Both the position numbers and the translations under genes were made by a program. Positions 56,995-58,119 of a stretch of DNA of 58,119 bases are shown here, one piece after another; the stretch's first letter is position 1; every line of letters begins with the position of its first letter. This stretch comes from a virus (lineage: Duplodnaviria > Caudoviricetes), in IMG/VR virus record IMGVR_UViG_3300046167_000289, positions 1 to 58,119 of that record. One strand, given 5' to 3'. Below the pieces are notes generated by a model. The model saw nothing but the letters and a program-made list of their open reading frames with translations. It made no database searches and was not told the DNA's origin.

Positions 56995-57022
56995 GATAAC
57001 TAAATAATTTATTTTTGTTTTA
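56995..57022 (-). promoter_or_regulatory. Putative late promoter
   Basis: Copy of 20075-20102. Confidence 0.65.
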
Positions 57023-57077
57023 TTTAATAAAAAAACCCCACCAAATGGTAGGGCTTAGTTTAATTGATAAATTACTA

Positions 57078-57623
57078 TTATGCAATAGTAAATCCAGCAG
57101 CAGTAATGTTTTCAGCAGGGGTATTTCCTGCAGCTGCAACGTTAATGAAGTTTGCAGGTGCTTTTTCCATACCTGTAAAACTTAGAGTATATCCACTCAT
57201 ATCAGCCATAGCTCCACCTGTTACTACAGTACCTCCTGTTACGTCAGCACCATACTCAGCTCCAGCTAAGAATACATTTCCGTTATTGTCTTCGATAAGA
57301 ATGTTTGGTCTTCCGAAAGATAATAATTTAATAGTATTGTGGTCTTCTTTAGTTAATTTTTTAAGTGTCAACTCTAACACTTGTTCAAATGCAGTAGTTC
57401 CATTCTCTCTACTTGATTGAATGTTTTCTGTATAGGTAGAGTTTCCTCTAACTTCGTATTTGTAAGCACTTGGAGAACCAGCAACTGCATCAATTACATC
57501 TACATCTGTAGAATCGTATGTTATACCAGTTATGTCTCCAAAATTTACAAAATAAACAGCATTGATTCCTCCAACACTATCTTTACAAGGTTCTGTTCTA
57601 CCTAAAGTAATATCACAAGCCAT
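57078..57623 (-). CDS. Major tail tube protein
   Basis: Copy of 20158-20703. Confidence 0.7.
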   Translation of the reverse strand: MACDITLGRTEPCKDSVGGINAVYFVNFGDITGITYDSTDVDVIDAVAGSPSAYKYEVRGNSTYTENIQSSRENGTTAFEQVLELTLKKLTKEDHNTIKLLSFGRPNILIEDNNGNVFLAGAEYGADVTGGTVVTGGAMADMSGYTLSFTGMEKAPANFINVAAAGNTPAENITAAGFTIA

Positions 57624-57706
57624 AATATTTATTTTTTATTTATTAGTTATAAAAAAAGGGATAGATAGTAATTACCTACCCCTCTTTTTGTTTATTTATT
57701 TGAATC

Positions 57707-58119
57707 TTAGATTCCGTAAGTTACGATGTCTTCAACAACTCCGTACTGTACTCCTGCGGTAAACCTCATTATGATTCTTACGTTTTGAGAACCATCTAAG
57801 TCTGCCATATCCAATACTTTTACTTCTTGGTGGTCTGATAATAAACCAGTTCCAAATTGTAAGTTATCTTTAGTAGTTGCTACGGCAGTATTTGCTGCTA
57901 ATCCGTTAGCCATAAAGATTTTTACACCATCAAAGTATAAGATGTTGATGTCTTGGTTGTTTCCTTGAGAACCTACACCAGCAGCACCTTCACCGTCTAG
58001 CTTGGAATCCTCCTAATGCTCTCTTGTATGCTCTAAAGATGTTTTGAGAAACATAGATGAATAAATCATCTCTACCATATAAAGCAGCAGGGATTTGGTC
58101 AACTACTTTTCCTAACTCG
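57707..58119 (-). CDS. Major capsid protein, 3' part (truncated by window; indel near 58000)
   Basis: Matches 20787-21198. Confidence 0.85.

Larger units (their letters stand above)
39145..58119. repeat. Genome copy B of large imperfect direct repeat
   Basis: Matches 411-21198; runs off the window inside the major capsid gene. Confidence 0.97.

Noticed and set aside
1-58119. Integrated prophage, tRNA genes or a recoded genetic code
   Set aside because: No host genes, integrase, att site or tRNA cloverleaf recognised; standard code gives dense full-length ORFs.
411-58119. Genuine 19-21 kb long terminal repeats
   Set aside because: Repeat covers over half the unit, differs in gene content and ends mid-gene at the window edge, unlike terminal repeats copied during packaging.

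Overview
AT-rich tailed dsDNA phage (siphovirus-like gene set). The host is most likely Bacteroidota/Flavobacteriia, judged from TTG-N19/20-TAnnTTTG promoters and a DUF3127-type SSB. The window holds about 1.57 genome units in tandem: 411-21198 recurs at 39145-58119, giving a unit of about 36.9-38.7 kb. The two copies are different haplotypes. Portal, adaptor, tail-tube and the first receptor-binding gene look identical, while accessory genes, homing endonucleases and domains of the other two receptor-binding paralogues differ. Modules present: terminase, head, tail, lysis, recombination/replication (ERF, SSB, AAA helicase, 5'-3' exonuclease, RusA), an ECF-like sigma factor and a block of small early genes. 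No integrase, DNA polymerase, tRNA or CRISPR was recognised. Most notable observations: (1) a late-promoter motif in front of the structural operons and also pointing into an ATG-free, potentially structured ~220-nt non-coding region (candidate late ncRNA); (2) three tandem receptor-binding paralogues whose domains are exchanged at conserved DNA boxes, with two unrelated HNH genes alternating at one site; (3) two duplicated control cassettes carrying nine CCCCATYATATTAAAC repeats around the early genes; (4) an apparently catalytically dead M15 endolysin paralogue; (5) a -1 frameshift in the tail chaperone and a 213-codon same-strand overlap. Protein family calls come from motif recognition by eye, not database searches. 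Several single-base frameshifts look like long-read consensus errors.
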